64,000 bases of DNA, taken from NCBI GenBank assembly GCA_963662665.2, contig CAXXJS010000037.1, forward strand, positions 32,001 to 96,000. Direction: 5' to 3'. The DNA is from Candidatus Latescibacterota bacterium. GTDB lineage: Bacteria > Latescibacterota > UBA2968 > GCA-2709665. The notes beneath the pieces are model-generated. The model was not told the DNA's origin, did no database searches, and saw only the letters and a program-made list of their open reading frames with translations. Shown here in pieces: positions 36,374-46,094 of this stretch. The translations under genes were made by a program, and so were the position numbers. Positions within the stretch are counted from its first letter, which is position 1. Each line of letters opens with the position of its first letter.

Positions 36374-38599
36374 ATGGACGGTTGGCGATACGGATTCAGG
36401 CTGGAGGTGACGTCGTCGCTACGGCGAGATCTGGGACGCATTCCGATGTCAGTGGACCTGGATTTCGGCGGCATGGCGCGGGAGATCGAGGCCCCGGGCG
36501 TGTTCGATCCGAATTCAATAGAAGTCGTGGACGTGGCGTCGGGTGAGCCGATCGCGTACGCCCGTTCCGAGGATTTCGCGTACGGCGATCGTGGAAGAAT
36601 AGAGTGGGTGATTGAGGATCCCACCCATACGGAGTATCAGATCCGGTTTCGCACCGCTCCTGAAAGGCCGCTGTTGCAGCCGCAGGAGTACACGCCCCTG
36701 ATCGGGGTCGGAGATCTCCTGCGATACAACGCCGGGGTCCCGCGGCCGATTGTACTCGCGCATTCGATGCGGCTCGTGGACATCAACGGCGACGGCCGCG
36801 GCGATCTGGCGGGATGCTGGAATTATTACTATCGACCGGGGTCGCCCGTCAGCGGGATTGTATGTCATCCTCGTGTGGGACCGGAAGAGGACTTCACGTT
36901 TGGAGATCTTGCCCGGTTGCGTTACGTGGAAGAGCACGGATCTCGCGAACTCAAGCATTTCCCGGACGTGTACGCCGAAGCGGATTTCGCCGATCTGAAC
37001 GGGGACGGGTTGCCCGATATCGTGTACGCCGGGATGCTCGACAAAGGAGTGACGGCCTACCTGAATTCGGGGGAACGCGACGGGGGCGGGTTGCCCGTGT
37101 TCGTTAAGGACATTGAGATTCCGGCGCCTGTTGCTCAGAACGCGGGGATCCGGATTGTGGATCTGAGCGGGAATGGCGCGCCGGACCTCGTGGTCAACGG
37201 TCATTATATCCGGAATCTGAATCCGGACGGCTGGCCGTTCATAGCCGCGGATGCGGTCGATCTTGGGGTTGGGAAACAGCTCGCTTTCCTGGATCTCGAC
37301 GGCGACGGACTGCCGGACGTGATGGCGATGCCGGTTGGCGGGTACGATCATCCACTGACGTGGCGGAGGAATCTGGGCGGGGACCCGCCCCGGTTCGGAC
37401 CGCAACAGATGCTGGGCGTCACGGAGCCGGAATTCTGCAGCCGGCTCAGTCCGGTATCGGACGGAAAAAGGAATGGGATTCTCGTGCAGCACAATATGCA
37501 CCAGAATCTCACGTACTTCGAACACGCCGGAACGAGTCGCGGCCAGCCGCGTTTCGTACGCCGGGGAATGGCGCGTTCGGTTTCGGCCGTGATGTCATTC
37601 AGCGATCAGGCGTGGGCGTGTTCGTGCGACTGGAACGGCGACGGCGTCAACGATCTCGTTATCGGAGGCGGTTACGGGTGGCCGCGCGTGGTCATCAATC
37701 GTGGGAGCAATGAGCGACCGGCCTGGAAAGAGCCGGAATTGATCTTTTCCGAAGGAGAGCCGATCCGGGTATTGCGCGACGAGATCCTGCACAGCAGCCA
37801 CTGGCACAATATGGGGTACCCCTATCCCGTATTTGTGGATTGGGACGGGGACGGCCTGCCGGACCTGATGCTCCCCAATGAAACGAACCGGATTGTATGG
37901 TATCGAAATATCGGTACGCTCGAAGAACCGAAGTTCGGGTATCGCAGATTCCTCGAAGTGGATGGATTCCCGGATTCCGATAATTTGAGGGCTGAAACGG
38001 GCCGGGCGGCCTCCGACGAGACCCGGCCCAACAGTCCCTACCCCTGCGATGCGCGATCCCCTTTTTTCTGGCGGATCGGCGCGGCGTTTGCGGACTGGAA
38101 CGGCGACGGAATGATGGATTTTATCGCGCACGACCATACGCGAAAGGCAACGCTTTTCCTTCAATACAGGGATGGCGAGGGCCGCCGCAGACTCAAACAC
38201 CGCCACCACGTGCGGCTGGTGGACGGCCGTGAAATCGACGATTCAATTGTGGGCCGGGAAAAGCACTGGACCGAGTCGTTCCGCGCCGTGGATTGGGACG
38301 GGGATGGGTTGATCGACCTGGTATACAACGTCGCGGGGACGGGAAAGATCTATCTGCTGCGCAACGTGGGTTCGTCGGATGCGCCTGTTTTCGACCTGCC
38401 GAGAGAGTTCAGGTGTTACGGTGAGGAGATCGCGTTTACGGTTCACGGACCGAACGCGTGGCCGGGTGATTTCAATGGTGATGGGAAGCCCGATCTGCTG
38501 GGGTGTGTGGAGTGGAGCGTATACCCGTTCTACTGTTACGCGGCCCTGGAAATGGAAAGTCACCCAACCTACAGGATCGGAACGGCGACGAGATTATAG
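36374..38599 (+). CDS. FG-GAP/VCBS repeat protein
   Basis: Many DxNGDGxxDL / DWDGDGxxDL repeats. Confidence 0.85.
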   Translation: MDGWRYGFRLEVTSSLRRDLGRIPMSVDLDFGGMAREIEAPGVFDPNSIEVVDVASGEPIAYARSEDFAYGDRGRIEWVIEDPTHTEYQIRFRTAPERPLLQPQEYTPLIGVGDLLRYNAGVPRPIVLAHSMRLVDINGDGRGDLAGCWNYYYRPGSPVSGIVCHPRVGPEEDFTFGDLARLRYVEEHGSRELKHFPDVYAEADFADLNGDGLPDIVYAGMLDKGVTAYLNSGERDGGGLPVFVKDIEIPAPVAQNAGIRIVDLSGNGAPDLVVNGHYIRNLNPDGWPFIAADAVDLGVGKQLAFLDLDGDGLPDVMAMPVGGYDHPLTWRRNLGGDPPRFGPQQMLGVTEPEFCSRLSPVSDGKRNGILVQHNMHQNLTYFEHAGTSRGQPRFVRRGMARSVSAVMSFSDQAWACSCDWNGDGVNDLVIGGGYGWPRVVINRGSNERPAWKEPELIFSEGEPIRVLRDEILHSSHWHNMGYPYPVFVDWDGDGLPDLMLPNETNRIVWYRNIGTLEEPKFGYRRFLEVDGFPDSDNLRAETGRAASDETRPNSPYPCDARSPFFWRIGAAFADWNGDGMMDFIAHDHTRKATLFLQYRDGEGRRRLKHRHHVRLVDGREIDDSIVGREKHWTESFRAVDWDGDGLIDLVYNVAGTGKIYLLRNVGSSDAPVFDLPREFRCYGEEIAFTVHGPNAWPGDFNGDGKPDLLGCVEWSVYPFYCYAALEMESHPTYRIGTATRL

Positions 38600-38645
38600 T
38601 TGTCCAGTCGCGCCAGCCTTTCGGAATCCGGGTTGTTTTCGCAGT

Positions 38646-39497
38646 TCAATCGGCCATTGCCGGTCCGGCGACGGCCTGCCGGCGGGCGGATGCAAGCGCG
38701 TGGTAGCAGAATTCCGCGGCCTGCCACGGGTCGTACCCGGGCCGGCTCCAGATCATGGCGCTGACTTCCGCGCCAACGGGTACTTCGGTTCCGGCTTCGA
38801 GCAGCGTCTTGAAGTATTCGATGAGGTCGAGGCTGCCTTCGCCGGGCAACAGGAAGGTGACGGCGCCGTCTTTCATATACCCGTCTTTGACGTGGATGTG
38901 GACGGTGTCGGGCAGGCAGAGACCGGCGGCGCGCTTCAGATCGATGCCCTGCACGTGAAAGTGGCTGTGGTCGAAGTGGATTTTGAGGTTGGGATGGCGG
39001 GTGTGCGCCATGAGCCACGCCGCTTTTTCCGGCGTGTCCAGGACGGCGCCGACGTGCGGTTCCACGGCCAGGATGACGTGATGTTCGGCTGCGACGTCCG
39101 CGAGTTCGATCAGGTCGGCAGCGACGGCGTCCCTGTCGGTTTTCCATTTTGTGAGGGGGCCGCTTACCGTGGTGGTGATGATGCTGGGCGCATCCCCGTA
39201 ATTCAGGTCGCGGGCGAGCACGCAGTTCCGGATAAAACGTTCCAGCATAGGCGGGCGGTCGGAGCCCTGGGCGCAGGTGGATACGGGCCCGAAGAGAGCC
39301 GGCGGCGGGAAGCCGAGATCTCGCAGGGCGTCCGCAAGTCTGCTCCGCGTGTTCCGGTCGAGCTTATGGGGCGCGGTTGGCCACGCGTCTCCGACGGCAA
39401 TTTCGACGGCTTCGTAGCCGATCGCGCGGATTCTCGGCAAGGCTTCAAAGACGTCCACGTTCTGTGTGGCGTAGGTGCTGAACCCGATGGGGATCAT
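38646..39497 (-). CDS. Sugar phosphate isomerase/epimerase (xylose-isomerase-like TIM barrel)
   Basis: GYEAVE, LAVEPH, FDHSH, HIHVKD, PGEG. Confidence 0.85.
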   Translation of the reverse strand: MIPIGFSTYATQNVDVFEALPRIRAIGYEAVEIAVGDAWPTAPHKLDRNTRSRLADALRDLGFPPPALFGPVSTCAQGSDRPPMLERFIRNCVLARDLNYGDAPSIITTTVSGPLTKWKTDRDAVAADLIELADVAAEHHVILAVEPHVGAVLDTPEKAAWLMAHTRHPNLKIHFDHSHFHVQGIDLKRAAGLCLPDTVHIHVKDGYMKDGAVTFLLPGEGSLDLIEYFKTLLEAGTEVPVGAEVSAMIWSRPGYDPWQAAEFCYHALASARRQAVAGPAMAD

Positions 39498-39505
39498 ATC
39501 AAATC

Positions 39506-39700
39506 CGGAAAAAGGAAGAAGGAAAAAGGAAGAAGGAAAAACCTTAAGGCGGGGAGCCGGGGAAAGACGTCCTTGCTTGATTGGTTCTGCCTCTTATGCC
39601 TCCGGTAAAAAATGAAACCGCACGGGACAGGCAGTCTCTACCATCTCCCGTCTAACGTCTATCCGTTCATCAGGCGCCCACATCATCTCCCGTCTAACGT
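39506..39700. repeat. Intergenic repeat: tandem GGAARAA heptamers plus a ~100-bp unit shared with 56050-56150
   Basis: AAGACGTC..GATTGGTTCT..TTATGCCTCCGG..AAATGAAACCGCACG..CAGG at both loci; CATCTCCCGTCTAACGTC occurs twice. Confidence 0.75.
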
Positions 39701-39811
39701 CATTCCCTCTTCAAGACCCGCAACCCTGCGGTTCTCGAAGATAGAGAACATAATAAATGTGTCAAGCGGCGTCGGAGCAGGTAGGCAGTGAATTTCGAAA
39801 GAGATACTGAT

Positions 39812-41050
39812 ATGGAGCGGATCAATCTGGGACTGGTGGGATGCGGCGGCATGGGAACGCGGCACCTCTATGGCCTGCGGACGCTCGCGCAGACGCCGTT
39901 CAACCGGATCGATCTGCGGGCGTTGTGCGACATTAACCCGGACAATGCCAGGATGGCTGCTGCCGAGGCCGGAAAGCTGCTGGGGGTGGAGCCGGCGGTC
40001 TTTACGGATTTGGAGACAATGGCCGCTGCGATGCCGGAACTGGATGCCGTCGACGTGGTAACCGATCCTGCTGTACACCACGAGGTTTCCTGCAAGGCAC
40101 TGGATCTCGGGCTGCACGTGATGGTGGAAAAACCGATGGCGATTACCGTTCGTGCATGTTTGCAGATGATCCAGGCGGCCCGGCGGAACGGACGCGTGTT
40201 ATCCGTGGCGGAGAACTACCGGCGTGACCCCTCGGCCCGGCTGGCGCACCACATGGTAACCAGCGGCGGGATAGGGACGCCGTACATGGGTCTGTTTCAC
40301 GAGGTAAGCGAAGGGGACAGAATCTTCATTACCCCATGGCGCCATCTCAAGAATCGTGGCGGGCCCCTGGTGGACATGGGGGTGCACTTTGCCGATCTGA
40401 TCCGCTATCAGCTGGGGGACATCCACGAGGTGTACGGCGACGTGAGGCTGGTGGAGCCGGTGCGGCGAAAGGCCGATACGATGTGGAGACCCTATGAGTA
40501 TTACCAAAGGCAATACGAAGACATGGCGCCCGTTGTCCCTGCAGACGCAGAGGATTCGTCCGTGGCGGTGTTTCGCATGGTTGGCGGCGCCACGGTGAGC
40601 TGGGTGGTTGGACTGGGAGGACACGGGGGTTGCAGTACGCAGATGATTCTGGGCACGGAGGGGTGCATCGAGGGTTTTGGAACCCGTGGCGGCCGGGTTC
40701 GGATGCGTCGGGGGCGCGGCGATTTCCAGGAACAGGAAGAAATGCTGGCACAGGCTGAGGGTTTCGAGCAGGATCCCATGTCGTCGCATTTCTTCCCGGC
40801 CGGGCTGACGTCGGCCGATCGCGAGGTGGACTGGAAGCTTCTCGCCATGGAGTATCACGAGTTGGGCGAGGCCATTGTCGAGGGCAAGGCCGTGGAGGTC
40901 GACGGGGTGGAGGGGATGAAGGACGTCGCGGCGGTATATGCGGTGTTCGAGTCCGCGACCGCAGGATGTACGGTGCGAATGGCGGACGTGGAAAGCGGCG
41001 AATTTGACGCCTATCAGGCGGACATTGACGCGGCGCTGGGTATTTCGTGA
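39812..41050 (+). CDS. Gfo/Idh/MocA family oxidoreductase
   Basis: GLVGCGGMG, HVMVEKPMA, VAENYR, DMGVH. Confidence 0.92.
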   Translation: MERINLGLVGCGGMGTRHLYGLRTLAQTPFNRIDLRALCDINPDNARMAAAEAGKLLGVEPAVFTDLETMAAAMPELDAVDVVTDPAVHHEVSCKALDLGLHVMVEKPMAITVRACLQMIQAARRNGRVLSVAENYRRDPSARLAHHMVTSGGIGTPYMGLFHEVSEGDRIFITPWRHLKNRGGPLVDMGVHFADLIRYQLGDIHEVYGDVRLVEPVRRKADTMWRPYEYYQRQYEDMAPVVPADAEDSSVAVFRMVGGATVSWVVGLGGHGGCSTQMILGTEGCIEGFGTRGGRVRMRRGRGDFQEQEEMLAQAEGFEQDPMSSHFFPAGLTSADREVDWKLLAMEYHELGEAIVEGKAVEVDGVEGMKDVAAVYAVFESATAGCTVRMADVESGEFDAYQADIDAALGIS

Positions 41051-41062
41051 AAGGAGTGTGAA

Positions 41063-42511
41063 ATGCCGGAAGATCGACCGAACGTAATATTGATTGTAAC
41101 GGATCAGCAGCGGGGGGATTGCGTGGGGCTGGACCCGAACGCGCCGGACGTCCTGCAAACGCCCAATCTCGATTGGCTGGGCGGTACGGGGGCGCATTTT
41201 GGTCGCGGGTATTCGGAGTGTCCCAGCTGTATTCCTGCAAGGCGTTCCCTGATGACCGGCACGGCGCCGGCGGCGAACGGTGTTGTCGGATTTCAGGGAA
41301 CGGAGTGGGACCCGCCTCACACGCTTGCGGGAGAATTGTCCGGGGCGGGCTATCAGACCGAAATGATCGGGAAGTTGCATCTATCGCCTCTGCGGAAGCG
41401 GTACGGATTCGATCATTTGCAGCTTGCGGACGGCACGCGCGGGAAGGAGAATGACTACGTGGACTGGCTGCGCGACCGCCATGGACGCGAGGAGGTGGAC
41501 CCGGGGATGGCGCACGGAGTCTCGTCCAACGGCTGGGTGGGGCGGCCGCACAACCTGCCCGAAGAGCAGATGCATACGTTCTGGTGCGTGGATCGAGCGA
41601 TGGAATTTCTGCTGAAACGAGACCCGTCGGCGCCGTTTTTCCTGAATCTGTCGTTTATCGATCCCCATCCGCCCCTGACGCCCCCAAAGTTCTACTACGA
41701 CCGGTATATCAATCGTGAGTTGCCCGATACCGTTGTGGGAGACTGGGCGCCTCAGTTTGACGAACCCCGGAAGGGGCTGGATCCGAATGCGTCGGAGATC
41801 TCTCTAACGGCGCAGGATATGCAGTGTGCGCGTGCGGCCTACTACGGGATGGTGAATTTCATCGACGACCAGATTGGAAGATTGATTCAGTTCGCTCGGG
41901 GTCTGCTGAATGAGAGTCTCATCATTTTTACGTCTGACCACGGAGAGATGCTCGGGGACCATCATCTATTCCGGAAAACGTGGCCCTACGAGGCGTCGGC
42001 GCGGGTGCCGTATCTCATTAGAGCGCCGCGGAGTTGGGGGGCGCCGGAGTCGGTAACGTGCCAAACGCCGGTGGGACTCCAGGATATCATGCCGACGATT
42101 CTGGATGCGTGCGGCCTGGAGGTTCCCGAGACGTGTACGGGAAGGAGTCTGGTACCGGTGCTGCGCGGCGAATCGGAGGGCGTACGCGATATCTTGCACG
42201 GCGAGCACTCCGGGTGCTATGCGTACGAACAAGGGAATCACTATGTGACGGATGGTCGTCACAAATACATCTGGTACACGCAGACGGGCCGCGAGCACCT
42301 GTTCGGCCTGGATGAAGATCCGCTGGAATTGAAAGATCTGGCGATGGGCGACGGCGCGGAGGACCGGTTGGGTCCGTGGCGAAAGCGGTTGGTTGGGTTC
42401 CTCAGGGACAGACCGGAGGGGTTCACGGACGGAGAGACGTTGATTGCCGGCCGGAAACATCGGTCGGTGATGCCGGGATACGAACCGGCGAGGATGTTTC
42501 CGTTCCTGTAG
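41063..42511 (+). CDS. Formylglycine-dependent sulfatase
   Basis: RPNVILIVTDQQR, CIPARRSLMTG (CxPxR), GKLH, PHPP, SDHGEMLG. Confidence 0.93.
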   Translation: MPEDRPNVILIVTDQQRGDCVGLDPNAPDVLQTPNLDWLGGTGAHFGRGYSECPSCIPARRSLMTGTAPAANGVVGFQGTEWDPPHTLAGELSGAGYQTEMIGKLHLSPLRKRYGFDHLQLADGTRGKENDYVDWLRDRHGREEVDPGMAHGVSSNGWVGRPHNLPEEQMHTFWCVDRAMEFLLKRDPSAPFFLNLSFIDPHPPLTPPKFYYDRYINRELPDTVVGDWAPQFDEPRKGLDPNASEISLTAQDMQCARAAYYGMVNFIDDQIGRLIQFARGLLNESLIIFTSDHGEMLGDHHLFRKTWPYEASARVPYLIRAPRSWGAPESVTCQTPVGLQDIMPTILDACGLEVPETCTGRSLVPVLRGESEGVRDILHGEHSGCYAYEQGNHYVTDGRHKYIWYTQTGREHLFGLDEDPLELKDLAMGDGAEDRLGPWRKRLVGFLRDRPEGFTDGETLIAGRKHRSVMPGYEPARMFPFL

Positions 42512-42710
42512 GATGAATCCCCCGCCGCTGGCGCAATCCCACGCCGACCGGACCGTTCACCGTCGCGGGTGGTTTCGATTGCCGGGGCCGGTCACGCCCG
42601 CTATATTTCAGCGATGGATCCTGCGCGATGGTCGGCCTGATGTATCGCGTATACGGCAATTGCGCCGAACTCGGGAAACCTTTTCGGACCAGAAAAAGGA
42701 GAAGCAACGT

Positions 42711-43142
42711 ATGGATTCGTTCAAACGCATCGTTGGTGTCTATCTGATCCTCGTGGCTGCCGTGGTTGCCATCCACACGGTCGTCGAACCGCTGTATTAT
42801 ACGTCCACCGAAGCCAGTCCGTACAGCCCGCACTGGAGCAAGATTAACGCGCTTATGGTGCTGGCGATCGTATTGGGTCTGGTTTTCGGCTGCATGCGCA
42901 AGCGGGGCATTGGCGGCGACGATGGAAGCGCGGTTACCCGGGAGTACCTGGAAGCACATGTCCTGTTCTACGGTCTTCTGTTTGTGGGCATCCTGTTTTT
43001 CTGGAATTTCTTCAACCTGCACAGTCCCGGCTTTACGGCAATTGCGCCGGAGACCGTATCGGCAGTGTGGATTGTGATCGATGCCGCCCTGCCGTTAATC
43101 CTGGGTGCAATGGGCGCCTCACTGCTCAGATCCCGGGGGTAA
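42711..43142 (+). CDS. Hypothetical membrane protein (about 4 TM)
   Basis: Hydrophobic segments; AAGGAG RBS. Confidence 0.7.
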   Translation: MDSFKRIVGVYLILVAAVVAIHTVVEPLYYTSTEASPYSPHWSKINALMVLAIVLGLVFGCMRKRGIGGDDGSAVTREYLEAHVLFYGLLFVGILFFWNFFNLHSPGFTAIAPETVSAVWIVIDAALPLILGAMGASLLRSRG

Positions 43143-43271
43143 ATCCGGGTCATTCCAGGGCACATGCCCGGTGAATCGGCGAGGTGGATGACAAAGCCGT
43201 CAGTTGGTCTGAAGCACAGTCTGACGGCTTTACCGTTTCAGATTTCGCTATCGCGCAGGTCGATCGCAGGT

Positions 43272-43667
43272 TCAACGCTTTCTGTCATGCGCGATCAGCA
43301 AATCCGCAGGAATTCCCAGGTTCTTGGTAAGCGACGCAATCTGGCGAATGGACAGGCTTCGCCTGCCGTTGAAGAATTCGGAGACGCGGCTTCTGCCACC
43401 GAGCCACTCGGCTAGATCGGATCGCGAGAGCCCTTTCTGTTCCAGCATAAACGCCACGATCTCCCGGGGATCCATGGTATCATCCAAGGGAAACCTGACG
43501 TCCTCGTACGCCTGTACCAGAACGGATAGAAACTCCAGCCGTTCGAAAGCTTCCGAACCCGGTTCAGGGTCGGCGTCCAGCAGACTATCGATTTCGCTCA
43601 CGGCCGCGTCGTATTCCGCTTCGTTTCGTAAGACGTGAGGTCTCGTGAAGTCCAGCAATCTGGTCAT
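43272..43667 (-). CDS. higA: HigA-type HTH antitoxin
   Basis: EAEYDAA..LSVLVQAYE..MLEQKGLSRSDL..SRVSEFFNGRRSLS. Confidence 0.88.
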   Translation of the reverse strand: MTRLLDFTRPHVLRNEAEYDAAVSEIDSLLDADPEPGSEAFERLEFLSVLVQAYEDVRFPLDDTMDPREIVAFMLEQKGLSRSDLAEWLGGRSRVSEFFNGRRSLSIRQIASLTKNLGIPADLLIAHDRKR

Positions 43668-43689
43668 ATTAAATGCCTTTGCAGATTGT

Positions 43690-43986
43690 TCATAAGTCGC
43701 CGCTTCGAGTACGTCTGTTGTATTCTTTGTGGGTAAGCACGTGTCGGATGTAAATCCTTCCAAGGTCGTACCGCATATCGACAATCAGCCTGTATTTGTT
43801 GCCTCCAATGTTGAAAATCGTCCGCCATCTTCCGAGGAAACTCGCAGAGGGAAAATCACGTCGAACTTCGTAGGGGCTGAAATAGCTTCTTGATCTTACG
43901 ATGGCCAGCCAGGCTCTAAGGGGCCGCTGGGAATCCGAATGCTTTCGCCAGAATTCCAGTAGTCTCTTACGGGTAATTACGTGCAT
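43690..43986 (-). CDS. higB: HigB-type mRNA interferase toxin
   Basis: MHVITRKRL.EFW.KH..FPSASF..IFNIGGNKYRLI..LTHKEY. Confidence 0.9.
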   Translation of the reverse strand: MHVITRKRLLEFWRKHSDSQRPLRAWLAIVRSRSYFSPYEVRRDFPSASFLGRWRTIFNIGGNKYRLIVDMRYDLGRIYIRHVLTHKEYNRRTRSGDL

Positions 43987-44015
43987 AGGGAATTACCTGA
44001 ATTTGCAAGGCTTGC

Positions 44016-44050
44016 GTTCCCAATATGGTAACTCTATGATGAAATGTCAA
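44016..44050 (-). promoter_or_regulatory. higBA promoter with overlapping operator palindrome
   Basis: Minus-strand TTGACA-17bp-CATATT; GTTCCCA-ATA-TGGTAAC imperfect palindrome over the -10. Confidence 0.65.
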
Positions 44051-44069
44051 GGGATCATTCCTGATTTTT

Positions 44070-44954
44070 TCACTTCGATCGCGAACCTGGGCGCTGGATT
44101 AGCAGGCCGGCGACAATGAGGACAAGGCCGATCGGGGTGGAGGGTAGAATTTCTTCGCCAACCAGAAAGTGGATGAAAAACAGGGAGACGAACGGAGAGA
44201 TGAAGATCAGGTTCGCAACCCTGGCCGTTGTTTCCGAAAGGCGTAGAGCGATGAGCCAGAAAACGAAGGCGATACCCATTTCAACAAGGCCGACGTAAGC
44301 GGCGCCGATCAGGCCGTACAGACTGGAAATTCGGACATCCGAAAAAACCAGGCAGAGTACGAACATAAACGGCAGTGCAAACGTGAAGTTGAGAAAAAGG
44401 CCGACAACGGCGTCCCGGTCATCTCGCGTATTGTAGATCCAGTACAGCGCCCATACGATCGTGCTGACCAGGGCCAGGGATACGCCGAGGGGGTCCGAGA
44501 GCCGAAAGTCCAGGACGTTGCCGCGCGTTGAGATCACCAGGACACCGGCGTAACACACGAACCCGGCGAGGATTTCTTGCGGCTTGACGCGTTGTTTCAA
44601 TAATGGAATGGAAAGGAGCGAGAGCGTAATGGCCCAGGTGTAGTTCAGGGGCTGAGCTTCCTGAGCGGGCAGGAGATCGTACGCTTTGAAGAGGATCAGG
44701 TAGTAGACGCACGGGTTGAGCAGGCCCAGAAGGAGGGACTTCAGGTATTGTGGTTTTGAGTACGAGAGGATGAGACTTCGTTTGCCCTGGATAACGATAA
44801 TCAGCGCCAGGGTGCATGCGGAAGCCAGGCTTGCATAGAAGAGAAGCTGCAGGGGGTCCAGGTATCGGAGGGAAATCTTGAAGGCGGAGGCAACGGTCGA
44901 CCAGAGAAGAACCGTGGCTATGGCGTAGAGGTAGGCTTTATTCTGGTCTCGCAT
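44070..44954 (-). CDS. DMT/EamA family transporter
   Basis: About 10 TM helices, LWSTVASAFK, PLNYTW, FLVGEEI. Confidence 0.88.
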   Translation of the reverse strand: MRDQNKAYLYAIATVLLWSTVASAFKISLRYLDPLQLLFYASLASACTLALIIVIQGKRSLILSYSKPQYLKSLLLGLLNPCVYYLILFKAYDLLPAQEAQPLNYTWAITLSLLSIPLLKQRVKPQEILAGFVCYAGVLVISTRGNVLDFRLSDPLGVSLALVSTIVWALYWIYNTRDDRDAVVGLFLNFTFALPFMFVLCLVFSDVRISSLYGLIGAAYVGLVEMGIAFVFWLIALRLSETTARVANLIFISPFVSLFFIHFLVGEEILPSTPIGLVLIVAGLLIQRPGSRSK

Positions 44955-45014
44955 CAAGGATTGGGGGATTTATAGCCACTCCCTGACCGTTCGGTTAAAT
45001 GCGACATTGTATCT

Positions 45015-45125
45015 TGTAAGGGCGACCCTTGTGGTCTCCCGCCTTGCCGGTGTTTCTCCCCCTTTCCTTTAGGAGAGGTGGCCCGGGGGGAGAGGTCCCG
45101 CTCTTAGCTGACAGCTAAAGGCTGC
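45015..45125. repeat. REP-like mosaic
   Basis: GTAAGGGCGACC..GGTCTCCC, CCCC..GGAGAGG palindrome and GCTCTTAGCTGA heptamer block shared with 49640-49960. Confidence 0.6.
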
Positions 45126-45129
45126 CTTT

Positions 45130-46065
45130 TTATTCCTTTTCCACCTTGTCCAGCTTCCGTTCGTAGGAAAGGTCGATTTCGGCGCGGATATTGTCCACGG
45201 GCTTCCGATGGTCTACTCGCCGTACCGCAGGGCGTGTAAGGTTCGTCCGTACTTTGTGGGAGACTACGAAGCCGCGTGTGGCGTCGACGACCCAGGTACC
45301 CTTACCTTTTCCGGTCCCGTCGACGACCAGCTGCAGGGAGCCAACGTTGACGGGCGCTCTGAAACGGACCGTTCTGTCTTCCTCGAATGTGACGATTTTA
45401 TTTCCCTTCTTGGTGGAAACATTCTTCACCTTGTATGTACTCTTGATTTCAACAATGGCATGGTCATCGAGCATCATTACCGGGGTTTTGAAATTCACTT
45501 CGCCGGACCAGGTGTCGCCGGGGCCAACCGGGTTTTCAGGAAGGAACGGCTTAAGTTCGGGAGTCCAGATCTGCCATAGATCCGTCAGTATGTCAGGACG
45601 GTTGAGGTCTCGCGCGGAATTGTTGCTTGATTGGCGCTGAACCGTTCCGTCTGACGAGAGAAACCATGTAAGTTCCCAATCGTCCAACTGCTCGAGGGTA
45701 TAGGGAAACTGGTCGTGCGTAAGGCGTTTGTTCTCGAAGAAAAAGCCATTGACGGCCTTGTTTACGGTTGCGACGAGGCGCGTGGCATTATCGTCGGATT
45801 CACCGTTCGTGCCCGCATGGACGACTTCCCGGCTTCGCCATTCGCCCCTGATCTCGCCCGACGTAAATCCGCGCTGCGTGCGTCCGGGCACGATGACTTC
45901 CGCGCGGTCGCTTTTGAAGGCGAATGAATATTTATGTTTATACTTGATGGTACGACCGTCCGGATAGGTGAGCCGAAGGGTGACTTTCTCCCTGGCATGG
46001 ATGGAAGCGCCGAATGACAACAGCAAAACAAGACACGGGACCAGGTATCCGGTAGCAGATTTCAT
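45130..46065 (-). CDS. Hypothetical secreted beta-rich protein
   Basis: AGGAGG RBS, signal peptide, LPENPVGPGDTW motif. Confidence 0.7.
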   Translation of the reverse strand: MKSATGYLVPCLVLLLSFGASIHAREKVTLRLTYPDGRTIKYKHKYSFAFKSDRAEVIVPGRTQRGFTSGEIRGEWRSREVVHAGTNGESDDNATRLVATVNKAVNGFFFENKRLTHDQFPYTLEQLDDWELTWFLSSDGTVQRQSSNNSARDLNRPDILTDLWQIWTPELKPFLPENPVGPGDTWSGEVNFKTPVMMLDDHAIVEIKSTYKVKNVSTKKGNKIVTFEEDRTVRFRAPVNVGSLQLVVDGTGKGKGTWVVDATRGFVVSHKVRTNLTRPAVRRVDHRKPVDNIRAEIDLSYERKLDKVEKE

Positions 46066-46094
46066 AGAACAATCCTCCTGTGTAACAATCCGGC

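Noticed and set aside
39506-39700. Possible CRISPR-like repeats
   Set aside because: Only heptamer tandems and two 18-bp copies; no regular spacers and no cas genes in the window.
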